Shown here: positions 47,576 to 56,338 of the stretch, one piece after another
How positions within the stretch are numbered: the stretch's first letter is position 1
Layout: every line of letters starts with the position of its first letter
From: Candidatus Latescibacterota bacterium
GTDB lineage: Bacteria; Latescibacterota; UBA2968; UBA8231
Assembly (NCBI GenBank): GCA_965221775.1
Contig: CBDCSU010000004.1
Coordinates: 128,001 to 192,000 of the forward strand
Direction of reading: 5' to 3'
Length of the DNA stretch: 64,000 nt
The notes under the pieces: generated by a model
Told to the model about the DNA's origin: nothing
Databases searched by the model: none
What the model saw: only the letters and a program-made list of their open reading frames with translations
Position numbers and translations under genes: made by a program

Positions 47576-48624
47576 AGGTCACCTCCCTGGAGCAGGAGGA
47601 GCTCTTCGTCGGCGGCGAGGGCGGCTGCCACACCTACCGCATCCCCGCCCTGGCGGTGACCGCCGGGGGCGCGGTCCTGGCCTTCTGCGAGGGCCGCCGC
47701 CACAGCCGGTCGGACAGCGGCCAGATCGACCTGCTCCTGCGCCGCAGCACCGACGGCGGCCGCACCTGGAGCCCTCTCCAGGTGGTGGTTACCGAGCCGG
47801 GCATGACCTGCGGCAACCCCTGTCCCGTGGTCGACGCCGCCACCGGCCGGGTGTGGCTGCCGTTCTGCAAGAACCTGGCCGACGGCCCGGAGAGCATGAT
47901 CATCGAGGGCCGGGCGCCGCGCACCGTGTGGATCACCCACTCCGACGACGACGGCGCGAGCTGGTCCGAGCCCCGGGAGATCACGGCGCAGGTGAAGGCG
48001 CCGGAGTGGACCTGGTACGCCACCGGCCCCTGCCACGGGATCCAACTGAGCAGCGGACGGCTGGTGGTCCCCTGCGACCACATCGTGGGTCTCCACCACG
48101 ACGCCCGGCGCGACCCCTACCACTCGCACGTGATCCTCTCCGACGACGGCGGAGAGAGCTGGCGCATCGGCGGCCTCGTCGACGAGGGCACCAACGAGTG
48201 CTGCGTGGTGGAGACGGCGGACGGCTCCCTCTACCTCAACGCCCGCAGCTACCATGGGCGCAAGCTCCGGTCCAGCGCCCGCAGCGATGACGGCGGCGGC
48301 AGCTTCGGCCCGCGGGTCTGCGAGGAGGGCCTGCCGGAGCCGGTCTGCCAGGCGAGCCTGGTGAGCCTGGCGCCGCCCGGTGGGCCGCCCACCGACCGCG
48401 CCTTGTTCGCCAATCCCGCCAGCACCGAGGCGCGGGAGAACCTCACCCTGCGGTTCACGGACGACGGCGGCCGCAACTGGTCGGTGGTGCGCAGCCTCTA
48501 CGAGGGACCGTCGGCCTATTCCGACCTGGCGGTCACCGCCTCGGGCGAGGTCCTCTGCCTCTACGAGCGCGGCGCCGACCACCCATACGAAGCCCTCACC
48601 CTGGCGCGCTTCACCCTCGGCTGA
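47572..48624 (+). CDS. Sialidase (GH33/BNR)
   Basis: YRIP motif, Asp boxes STDGGRTW, SDDDGASW, SDDGGESW, TDDGGRNW, and AYSDL. GTGA overlap with the upstream gene. Confidence 0.9.
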   Translation: MKVTSLEQEELFVGGEGGCHTYRIPALAVTAGGAVLAFCEGRRHSRSDSGQIDLLLRRSTDGGRTWSPLQVVVTEPGMTCGNPCPVVDAATGRVWLPFCKNLADGPESMIIEGRAPRTVWITHSDDDGASWSEPREITAQVKAPEWTWYATGPCHGIQLSSGRLVVPCDHIVGLHHDARRDPYHSHVILSDDGGESWRIGGLVDEGTNECCVVETADGSLYLNARSYHGRKLRSSARSDDGGGSFGPRVCEEGLPEPVCQASLVSLAPPGGPPTDRALFANPASTEARENLTLRFTDDGGRNWSVVRSLYEGPSAYSDLAVTASGEVLCLYERGADHPYEALTLARFTLG

Positions 48625-48640
48625 TCCGGCGCCGCCTGCT

Positions 48641-48668
48641 TTGACCGGCTGCCGGGCGCGCCTAGCTT
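48641..48668 (+). promoter_or_regulatory. sigma70-like promoter
   Basis: TTGACC-N16-TAGCTT, upstream of an AAGGAGG RBS and ATG 48709. Confidence 0.45.
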
Positions 48669-48708
48669 TGGCCCCCCGAGCGCTCGAGCTATTCAAGGAG
48701 GCACGACC

Positions 48709-49704
48709 ATGGAACGGGCCACCAACTTCGCACTCGCCCTGGCCGCCATCGTTCTCGCCGCCGGCGACCCGGTGACGGGACAGACCCGGGAGCAGGGCCC
48801 CTGGTGGCCCCACCCGCTCTGGGGGCCCGAGGACGAGGCCGGCGGCTCGAACTGGATCACCCCCGAGGTCGTCCTGCGCGCCGCGCGGCTGGTGGAGACG
48901 GGCAAGGTCTACGAACTGGGCCAGGTCTACGAGCTGGGCATGCCCCTCTTCGGGCAGCGCACCTACGCCTTGAGCATCCCCGGCTCGCCCACGGGCGGAC
49001 CTTTCGGGGAGAACAACCAGCTCGTCTACTTCGACGACTTCCTGTGCGGCGAGATCGGCCAGATCGGCACCCAGTTCGACGGCCCCGGCCACATCGGCAC
49101 GCGCATGACCATGGGCGACGGCTCCACGGCCGACGTGTTCTACAACGGTTTCACCCGGCGGGAGATAGAGGGCTCCTACGGGCTGAGGAAGCTGGGCATC
49201 GAGAACGTCAAGCCTTTCTTCACCCGGGGCGTGCTCATCGACATCGCCGGCCTCAAGGGGGTCGACGCCCTCGACCACAGCTACGAGGTCACCGTGGCCG
49301 ACGTGCGCGGCGCCCTCGAGCGCCAGGGGATGTCGGAAGGGGAGTTGCAGCCGGGCGACGCCCTGCTCTTCCGCTACGGCTGGTCGAAGTACTGGAAGGA
49401 GCCGGGGAAGTACAACACCAACCCGCCCGGCATCGGCATGGAGGTGGCGGCCTGGCTCGTCGAGCGCCAGCCGTCGATGATCGGCTCCGACCAGTGGACT
49501 ACCGAGGTGGTGCCGAACCCGGACCCGGAGCTGCAGTTCCCCGTGCACCAGGAGCTGATCACCAAGGCCGGCATCTGGAACCTGGAGAACATGGTCTACG
49601 ACGGTCTCGTGGAGGACGAGGTCCACGAGTTCCTCTTCGTCTTCGCGCCGATCCCCTTCAAGGGCGGGACGGGGTCCCCCGGCCGGCCGATCGCCATCCG
49701 ATGA
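48709..49704 (+). CDS. Secreted cyclase (kynurenine formamidase-like) family protein
   Basis: WG..DE.G..N, GTQFDGPGH, RGVLID, GSD, H..L....GI..LEN, GGTGSP.RP.A. Confidence 0.85.
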   Translation: MERATNFALALAAIVLAAGDPVTGQTREQGPWWPHPLWGPEDEAGGSNWITPEVVLRAARLVETGKVYELGQVYELGMPLFGQRTYALSIPGSPTGGPFGENNQLVYFDDFLCGEIGQIGTQFDGPGHIGTRMTMGDGSTADVFYNGFTRREIEGSYGLRKLGIENVKPFFTRGVLIDIAGLKGVDALDHSYEVTVADVRGALERQGMSEGELQPGDALLFRYGWSKYWKEPGKYNTNPPGIGMEVAAWLVERQPSMIGSDQWTTEVVPNPDPELQFPVHQELITKAGIWNLENMVYDGLVEDEVHEFLFVFAPIPFKGGTGSPGRPIAIR

Positions 49705-52367
49705 CGGTCCCCACCCCCGCCTCCTTGCGCAGGCTCTGCCGCGGCGCCCTGCCCGAGATCCTCGGCGCCAGCGACGGCAAGGGCATGATGAAGATGGTGG
49801 AGGAGGTCGTCCGCCACGACCGCTGGAACTCCTTCGACCGCTTCCACGACACCACGCGGGTCCTCGTCGAGATGTACGAGAAGGCGGGGGCCGGCGCCGA
49901 GGTGACCCCGGTGCAGACCGGCGGCCGCATCGGCACCGGGCGCTGGATCATCCAGGAGGCCCAGGACGTCAGTTCCGCCACCCTCGACGTGGTGCGGCCT
50001 TTCCGCGAGCGCGTCGCCGACTACCGCGACAACCCCTGGCACGCGGTGCAGTGGACGGCGGCTACGCCGAAAGGCGGGCTGCGCTGCGAGCTGGTGGTAG
50101 TCGATGATGAGGAAACCCTCGACCGCATGGGGCCCGATGGGCTCGAGGGGCGGGCGGTGCTCACGCGCCTCGACATCCGCAGCCGCATGGAGCGGTTCGC
50201 CCAGAAGGGGGCGGCGGCGGTGATCATGGAGAAGGAGGTGGCCAACAACCCCGGCGCCGTGGCCTGGATCAAGTTCGGCTGGGGCGCCGTGCCCATGAAC
50301 CACGCCACGGCGAAGCTGGTGGGGCTGGTGGTATCGCGCCATCAGGGGGACCGCCTCCGGGGGCAGCTTCGGCAGCATGGGCGCCTCGTCGTGCAGGTCC
50401 GCGTCGACGCCCGGCGCTACGTGGGCACCCACGACGTCGTCTGCGGGCTGGTCCCCGGCCGCGACGACCCGCAGGACGAGGTCTGGGCCATCGCTCACTC
50501 CGCCGAGCCGGGGGCCGTGGACAATGCCTCGGGCTGCGCCGTCACCGTCGAGATCGCCCGGGTTCTGGAGGGGCTCATCGCCTCCGGGGCGCTGCCGCGG
50601 CCGAGGCGGACGATCCGCCTGATCAACGGCTACGAGTGCTACGGCTTCTTCGCCTACCTGGAGAGGGTGAAGCGGCTGCAGCCGCCCCTGGCCGGGGTCT
50701 GCATCGACACCCTCGGCTCGCGGCCGGGGATCTGCGACGGCCGCCTCGAGTGGCGGTCGACGGTGCCGGGCTCGGCCGGCTTCGTCGACTGGATCGGGGC
50801 GAAGATCCTGCGCTCCACCCTGCGCCAGTACCGGGCCGCCGGTTACCACCTCGCCCTCGGTCCCTTCATGGCCACCAGCGACACCCTCATCGGCGATCCC
50901 CAGTACGGCTACCCCTGCCCCTGGATCACCAACCACCACAAGCGCGACGGCAGCTCCTGGGACGCCTACCACACCTCGGCGGACCAGCTCGAGCTGCTGA
51001 GCCCGGCCGGGCTCAAGACCTGCGCCGCCGCCATGGCCGCCTACCTCTACTACCTGGCCGACGCCGCCACGCCGGAAGTCGTGGAGATCGCCCGCTCCGA
51101 GACCGACCGCCTCACCGGGGAGGTGCGCGCCCACCGCCGCCGCCTCGACGGCGACGGCGCCGAGTTCCTGCGCCGCGCCCACGAGACCAGCCTGACGCGC
51201 CTGCAGCGCTGGCTCTGGGGCGGCGACCGCCGCGAGGTGATGGCCGAGCTGGGCGGGATGAGCCGCGAGATGGGGCAGGCCGCCGCCAGCGTCCGCCGCG
51301 GACCGGCGATCCGCTCCACCGCGTCCCTGCGCCGTATCCCGCGGCGCAAGGCCCTGCTGACCCCGACCACCGAGAACCTGCCGGCACCGGTGGCCCGCGA
51401 GATCTCCGGCGCCCGCCAGAGCCCCTGGGCGCTGTACTGGGCCGACGGCCGCCGCACCCTCGCCGAGATCACCGCCGCCCTGGCCTGGGAGCGGGGGGGC
51501 CTGCTGGCGCCCGGGGCCACCCCGAGGCGCGGCGAGGTCAGGGCCGAGGATGTGGTCCGGTTCTTCGAGGCCCACGCCGAGATCGACTACGTCGACCTGC
51601 CGGAGCGCGATGAGATGGTCGACAAGGCGAGGATCGTCGCCGACCTGCGCCGTCTCGGCGTCGAGCGCGGCATGGACCTCATGGTCCACAGCTCGCTGTC
51701 GGAGATCGGGCATGTCGAGGGCGGCGCCGACACGGTCGTCTCGGCCCTGCTGGAGGCGGTGGGATCATCGGGGACGCTGCTCATGCCCTCCTTCAACCAC
51801 CGCGCCGCCCAGGTCTACAACAAGATGGCGACGCCGACCACCAACGGCGCCATCCCCGATGCCTTCTGGCGCCGCCCCGCGGCGGTGCGCAGCGAGCATC
51901 CCACGCATGCCGTGGCGGCCCTCGGCCCCCGCGCCGAGCGCTACTGCGCCTCCCACCTGGAGGCGGGGATCTGGGAGCCGGAGAGCCCCATCGGCCAGCT
52001 CGTCCACGGCGGCGGCTGGATCCTCGCCCTCGGCACCACCCACTGGACCTCCACGGCCTACCACGTGGCCGAGATGTCCGTGCCCTGCGGCTGCATCGAC
52101 CCCTTCGGCAACACCGACCGCGTCGTCGGCGGCGACGGCCGCGTCGAGGAGGTCTGGGGGCTGGCCTTCCGCAAGGGGGCGTGCCCGGTGGAGATCTCCC
52201 CGAAGCTGGACGACGCCCTCGACCGCCGCGGCCTGCAGCGGCGCGGCAAGGTGGGGCAGGCGGAGTGCGAGCTGGTACGGGCCGAGGATCTGTGGCGGGT
52301 GCGCCGCGAGCACCTGCGGCCGGTCTGCCCCACCTGCCCCATCGCCCCGAGCTACCGGGACGGCTGA
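49701..52367 (+). CDS. Fusion of M28/DUF4910-like peptidase and AAC(3)-family N-acetyltransferase
   Basis: AHSAEPGAVDNASG, YE..G, SD, YHTSAD, then L..LGV..G..LMVHSSLS.IG.V.GG, GTLLMPSF, RSEHPTHAVAA.G, YHVAE, all in one frame. Confidence 0.85.
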   Translation: MTVPTPASLRRLCRGALPEILGASDGKGMMKMVEEVVRHDRWNSFDRFHDTTRVLVEMYEKAGAGAEVTPVQTGGRIGTGRWIIQEAQDVSSATLDVVRPFRERVADYRDNPWHAVQWTAATPKGGLRCELVVVDDEETLDRMGPDGLEGRAVLTRLDIRSRMERFAQKGAAAVIMEKEVANNPGAVAWIKFGWGAVPMNHATAKLVGLVVSRHQGDRLRGQLRQHGRLVVQVRVDARRYVGTHDVVCGLVPGRDDPQDEVWAIAHSAEPGAVDNASGCAVTVEIARVLEGLIASGALPRPRRTIRLINGYECYGFFAYLERVKRLQPPLAGVCIDTLGSRPGICDGRLEWRSTVPGSAGFVDWIGAKILRSTLRQYRAAGYHLALGPFMATSDTLIGDPQYGYPCPWITNHHKRDGSSWDAYHTSADQLELLSPAGLKTCAAAMAAYLYYLADAATPEVVEIARSETDRLTGEVRAHRRRLDGDGAEFLRRAHETSLTRLQRWLWGGDRREVMAELGGMSREMGQAAASVRRGPAIRSTASLRRIPRRKALLTPTTENLPAPVAREISGARQSPWALYWADGRRTLAEITAALAWERGGLLAPGATPRRGEVRAEDVVRFFEAHAEIDYVDLPERDEMVDKARIVADLRRLGVERGMDLMVHSSLSEIGHVEGGADTVVSALLEAVGSSGTLLMPSFNHRAAQVYNKMATPTTNGAIPDAFWRRPAAVRSEHPTHAVAALGPRAERYCASHLEAGIWEPESPIGQLVHGGGWILALGTTHWTSTAYHVAEMSVPCGCIDPFGNTDRVVGGDGRVEEVWGLAFRKGACPVEISPKLDDALDRRGLQRRGKVGQAECELVRAEDLWRVRREHLRPVCPTCPIAPSYRDG

Positions 52368-52377
52368 GGGCGTTCTC

Positions 52378-53136
52378 TTGAGCGAGCTCTCCTTCCGCGC
52401 TCCGGGCGAGGTGATCGACGCCAACGTCGGCGTCGGCCACCGCCACGACCGGCCCGCCCCCATGGAGGACGCCGCCGGCCTGCTGGCGGAGATGGACCGC
52501 CACGGCGTCGACGCCGCCGTGGTCTACCACGTGCAGGGAGAATCGGTGAGCGCCCTCGACGGCAACGACCTGCTCCGAGAGTGGGTGCAGGACCAGCCGC
52601 GGCTGATTCCCCAGTGGGTGGCCGGCTCCGACCCTGCCACCCACCGGCAGCTGGAGGGGCTGCAGGCGGAGGGCCGGCTGCGCAGCGTGCGCCTCCACGA
52701 CACCGCGTCCTGCCGCGCCCCCTTCACCGACTGGATCTACGGCGACCTGCTCGCGTGGCTGGAGGCGGAGGGGATCCCCTTGTGGATCTCCCTGGCGGAC
52801 AACGACATCGAACAGATGGCCGACACCCTCGGGCGGTATCCTGAGCTGGTGAGCGTGCTCGTGGGCGCCCACTACACGCACGCCGCTCTCGTGCGCCCGC
52901 TGATGCGGAAGCTGCCGCGGTCGCTGCTGGAGCTGAGCCGGCACGAGACCCCCGGCGACGTGGAGGCCCTGGCGCGCGACGTGGGGGTGCGGCGGCTGGT
53001 GTACGGATCCTTCTACCCCCGCTACGCCATGGGGCCCATCCTCTACTACCTGCACCGCTGCGACCTCACGGCCCCCCAACTCGACCTGATCTGCGCCGGC
53101 AACGTGGGCCGCCTCCTCGGGGAGGAGGGCGGATGA
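52378..53136 (+). CDS. Amidohydrolase-like protein with degenerate metal motif
   Basis: IDANVGVG in place of IDxHxH, MDRHGVD.AVV, RLVYGSFYP, I..GN..RLL. Confidence 0.7.
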   Translation: MSELSFRAPGEVIDANVGVGHRHDRPAPMEDAAGLLAEMDRHGVDAAVVYHVQGESVSALDGNDLLREWVQDQPRLIPQWVAGSDPATHRQLEGLQAEGRLRSVRLHDTASCRAPFTDWIYGDLLAWLEAEGIPLWISLADNDIEQMADTLGRYPELVSVLVGAHYTHAALVRPLMRKLPRSLLELSRHETPGDVEALARDVGVRRLVYGSFYPRYAMGPILYYLHRCDLTAPQLDLICAGNVGRLLGEEGG

Positions 53137-53879
53137 TCTCCGGCACCCGCGTCATCGACGCCCACGGCCACGTGGGCCACTGGGAGGTCCTCGGCATGCG
53201 CGACGACGCCGGCGAGATCCTGCGGACCATGGACCGCGCCGGTATCGACGTGGCCGTGGTCTTCGGCATCTTCCACCCCGAGGGCCGCAGGTCCAACGAC
53301 GCGGCCGCCGCCTTCGTGGCCGCTCACCCCGACCGCTTCGCCGCCCTGGCCTACGCCTCTCCGCTGATGCCGGACGGCATGGTGTCCGAGTTGCGCCGCG
53401 CCATCGACGACCTCGGCTTTCTGGGGGTGAAGATCTATCCGCCGTACACGCCTTGGCCCCTCGACCACGAGGCCTGGGACCCGATCTACGCCTTCGTCGA
53501 GGAGCGCGGTCTGCCGCTGCTGTCCCACACCGACGCCGGGGACGTCTCCCGGCCGGCCCAGCTGGCGGCGGCAGCCCGGCGCTTCCCCGGGGCCGCCTTC
53601 ATCGCCGGCCACTCCGGCAACATGGAGCCGGCCCGCTCGGAGGCGATCCAGGCCGCCCGGGAGCTGCCCAACTTCTATCTGGAGACCTGCTCCACCTACC
53701 GCACCCCCGGCGTCATCGAGGAACTGGTGGCCGGCGCCGGCGCCGACCGGGTGCTCTTCGGGTCCGACCAGCCGCTGATGGACCCGCGCCCCCAGCTGGG
53801 CAAGATCACCGCCGACCTGAGCGACGAGGAGAAGCGCCTCGTCCTCGGCGGCAACGCCGCACGTCTCCTGGGTCTGTAA
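53133..53879 (+). CDS. Amidohydrolase_2 family protein
   Basis: IDAHGH, GVKIYP, LSHT, GHSG, LFGSDQP. Confidence 0.88.
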   Translation: MISGTRVIDAHGHVGHWEVLGMRDDAGEILRTMDRAGIDVAVVFGIFHPEGRRSNDAAAAFVAAHPDRFAALAYASPLMPDGMVSELRRAIDDLGFLGVKIYPPYTPWPLDHEAWDPIYAFVEERGLPLLSHTDAGDVSRPAQLAAAARRFPGAAFIAGHSGNMEPARSEAIQAARELPNFYLETCSTYRTPGVIEELVAGAGADRVLFGSDQPLMDPRPQLGKITADLSDEEKRLVLGGNAARLLGL

Positions 53880-53882
53880 CCC

Positions 53883-54782
53883 GTGGCCGAGCCCCTGACC
53901 CTGCTCAGCATCGGCGCCCACCCGGCCGACATCTTCGACCAGTCGGGCGGCACCATGGCCCACCACGTGGAGCGCGGCGACCGCGTCGCCTGCGCCGTCC
54001 TCACCCACGGGGCCCGCGTCCACGACGCCGAGATCAGCGACGCCATGTTCCACCGGGAACAGGTGCCGGAGGCCGGGGAGCTGAGCGACCTGATGGCGGA
54101 GCGCGCCGAGGTGAAGGCGGGGGAGGTCCGGCGCGCCTGCGCCTTCCTCGGCGTGGAGGAGATCCACTTCCTCGGCTTCGACGACGCCGTGCTCGAGGCC
54201 ACCGAGGAGATCGTGCGCCGCGTGGCGAGCCTGCTGCGCCAGGTCCGCCCGCACGTCGTCCTGACCCACTTCCCGTACGAGGGCGACGCCGTCAACGCCC
54301 ACGCCGTCACCGGCCGCATCTGCCTGCTGGCCCTCGGGCTGGCCGGCAGCGTCGATCCCGGCGACCGCAACCCGCCGCACAAGACGGCCCAGGTCTTCTT
54401 CTTCGGTACGGGGGCGGCGCCCCTGCCGCGGAATGTGTGGGGCGCCCGGGGCGGTTTCTACAACGACGTCTTCATCGACATCGGCGACGTGGTGGAGAAG
54501 AAGCTGGCCGCCCTCGACGCCCTGGTCAGCCAGGGCTACGGCGGAGCCTACGCCCGCAAGCGCATCGAGACCTCGGACGGCGCCTTCGGCAACGCCGCCC
54601 ACTGCAGCTACGCCGAGGGCTTTATCAAGATGAACGCCGAGTGCCACCACTACCTGCCGGTGACGGACCGGGCCCTCGAGCTGGCGGGGTTGAGCGACCA
54701 TCAGGTGATCCCCCGGGCCTCCCTGCGGCACCGATCGGGTCCCCCCGGGGCCGAGCCCGAAGGCCCGGATCGTACGGCTTGA
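53883..54782 (+). CDS. PIG-L/LmbE family metalloenzyme
   Basis: GAHPAD...GG, LTHG, E.RRA...LG, RP..VLTH, IDI....EKK..A, YAEGF. Confidence 0.8.
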   Translation: MAEPLTLLSIGAHPADIFDQSGGTMAHHVERGDRVACAVLTHGARVHDAEISDAMFHREQVPEAGELSDLMAERAEVKAGEVRRACAFLGVEEIHFLGFDDAVLEATEEIVRRVASLLRQVRPHVVLTHFPYEGDAVNAHAVTGRICLLALGLAGSVDPGDRNPPHKTAQVFFFGTGAAPLPRNVWGARGGFYNDVFIDIGDVVEKKLAALDALVSQGYGGAYARKRIETSDGAFGNAAHCSYAEGFIKMNAECHHYLPVTDRALELAGLSDHQVIPRASLRHRSGPPGAEPEGPDRTA

Positions 54783-54807
54783 CATCGGGCGCGCCCCGGC
54801 GTAAGGT
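54779..54807 (+). promoter_or_regulatory. sigma70-like promoter for the intergenic RNA
   Basis: Perfect TTGACA (54779-54784), 17-bp spacer, TAAGGT (54802-54807). Confidence 0.65.
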
Positions 54808-54812
54808 ACAGA

Positions 54813-54974
54813 CATCCCCACGGCCGGCTCCTCCGGGATCCGGCCAAAACCGGAGCGACGGTAGGCCGCCTCGTACCGGCGTTCCGGAAAAGTCGAGCGG
54901 TCCTCTGCTTTCTCCTACGCTCGACTCTGTTTCTCCATAGACAGGGGGCCCTCGGGCCTCCTGTCTATTTTCTT
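54813..54974 (+). ncRNA. Putative ~160-nt multi-hairpin small RNA
   Basis: Bounded by a promoter and a terminator. Four consecutive stem-loops (54822-54845, 54850-54887, 54891-54926, 54937-54968). No plausible ORF. Confidence 0.65.
54937..54974 (+). terminator. Intrinsic terminator
   Basis: ATAGACAGGGGGCC-CTCG-GGCCTCCTGTCTAT forms a 14-bp stem, followed by TTTCTT. Confidence 0.75.
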
Positions 54975-55010
54975 GCGCCCCTGACGGACTCCTCCTCGAG
55001 CCCCCGGCCC

Positions 55011-56273
55011 ATGCCCCTCGCCCCCGAAGCCGCCGCCGCCCTCGACCGGCGGCTGGCCCTGGTCGACGCCGCCGAGCCCCGGATCCGGGCCCTGGTCCCG
55101 GAGCAGGACCGCCGCCTGCGCCTCGCCGCCGAGTTGGAGGCCGCGCCCGAGGGCCCCCTGCGGCACCTGCTGGTGGGCGTGAAGGACATCTTCCACGCGC
55201 GGGGACTGCTCACCCGGGCAGGTACCGAGTTGCCGGGAGGCCTCTTCGCCGCGGAGGGCGCGGAGGAGGCCGACGCCGACTGCGTCGCCGCCCTGCGGGC
55301 GGCGGGAGCGGTGGTCCTCGGCAAGGCGGTGACCACCGAGTTCGCCTACTTCGAGCCCGGGCCGACGCGCAACCCGCGAGACCCCGCCCACACCCCCGGC
55401 GGTTCCTCCAGCGGCTCGGCGGCGGCGGTGGCGGCCGGGTACTGCGAGCTGGCCCTGGGGTCGCAGACGGTGGGCTCGGTCATGCGGCCGGCCGCGTTCT
55501 GCGGCGTCGTCGGGTTCAAGCCGACCTTCGGGCGCGTCTCCCGGGGCGGTCTGCTGCCCTGCTCCCCCTCGGTGGACACGGTGGGACTATTCGCCCCGGA
55601 TACGGCTACCGCGGCCCGGGGGGCGGCGGTCATCGTCGATGCGTGGGGTCCCGCCGCCGCCGAGGGCCACTGGGAGTCGCCCCGGCCCGTCCTCGGGATC
55701 CCGGAGGGGCCGTACCTGCGCCAGGCCTCGCCCGAGGGACTGGCGGGGTTCGAGGAGCAGGCGGCGAGGCTGGAGTCCGCGGGCTTCCGGGTGAAGCGGC
55801 TGGAGGTCCTGACCGACATCGACGAGGTCAACCAGCGCCACCGCGACCTGCACGCGGCGGAGATGGCCCTCGTGCACGCCCCATGGATGGAGGAGCACCT
55901 CGATTTCTACAAGCCGCTGACCCGCCAGTTCCTGCTGCGCGGCCGGGCGATCCCCGAGGCGCGGCTCCTGGCCGGCAGGGAGGGGCGCGGCCTCCTGCGG
56001 CTCCAGTTGGAGCAGGCCATGGCGGCCGAAGGCGTCGACCTCTGGATCTGTCCGTCGGCGCCGGGACCGGCCCCCCGCGGCCTGCACGCCACGGGGGATC
56101 CCATCATGAACCTGCCCTGGACCCACGCCGGCCAGCCGGCCCTGAGCCTGCCGGCGGGGCTCGTGGGCCGGCTGCCCCTGGGGCTGCAGTGCGTCGCCGC
56201 CCACGGCCGCGACGAGGCCCTCCTGGCATGGGGCGCCGCCCTCGAGGCGGCCCTCGGTTCCGGCGGCGACTGA
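55011..56273 (+). CDS. Amidase signature family protein
   Basis: VGVKD, TPGGSSSGSAAAVAAG, LGSQTVGSV.RPAAFCGV.GFKPT. Confidence 0.92.
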   Translation: MPLAPEAAAALDRRLALVDAAEPRIRALVPEQDRRLRLAAELEAAPEGPLRHLLVGVKDIFHARGLLTRAGTELPGGLFAAEGAEEADADCVAALRAAGAVVLGKAVTTEFAYFEPGPTRNPRDPAHTPGGSSSGSAAAVAAGYCELALGSQTVGSVMRPAAFCGVVGFKPTFGRVSRGGLLPCSPSVDTVGLFAPDTATAARGAAVIVDAWGPAAAEGHWESPRPVLGIPEGPYLRQASPEGLAGFEEQAARLESAGFRVKRLEVLTDIDEVNQRHRDLHAAEMALVHAPWMEEHLDFYKPLTRQFLLRGRAIPEARLLAGREGRGLLRLQLEQAMAAEGVDLWICPSAPGPAPRGLHATGDPIMNLPWTHAGQPALSLPAGLVGRLPLGLQCVAAHGRDEALLAWGAALEAALGSGGD

Positions 56274-56276
56274 ACG

Positions 56277-56305
56277 TCGACCGCCCCGGGCGGCGGTCCT
56301 ATATT
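56277..56305 (+). promoter_or_regulatory. sigma70-like promoter
   Basis: TCGACC-N17-TATATT upstream of a GGAGAGGA RBS and ATG 56339. Confidence 0.4.
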
Positions 56306-56338
56306 TCAACGATTCATCAGTTTCGGCGGAGAGGACGG

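Noticed and set aside
48709-49704. Cyclase motif QxGTQxD instead of HxGTHxD
   Set aside because: As I recall, this variant is common in a subfamily of secreted cyclases, so it is not distinctive.
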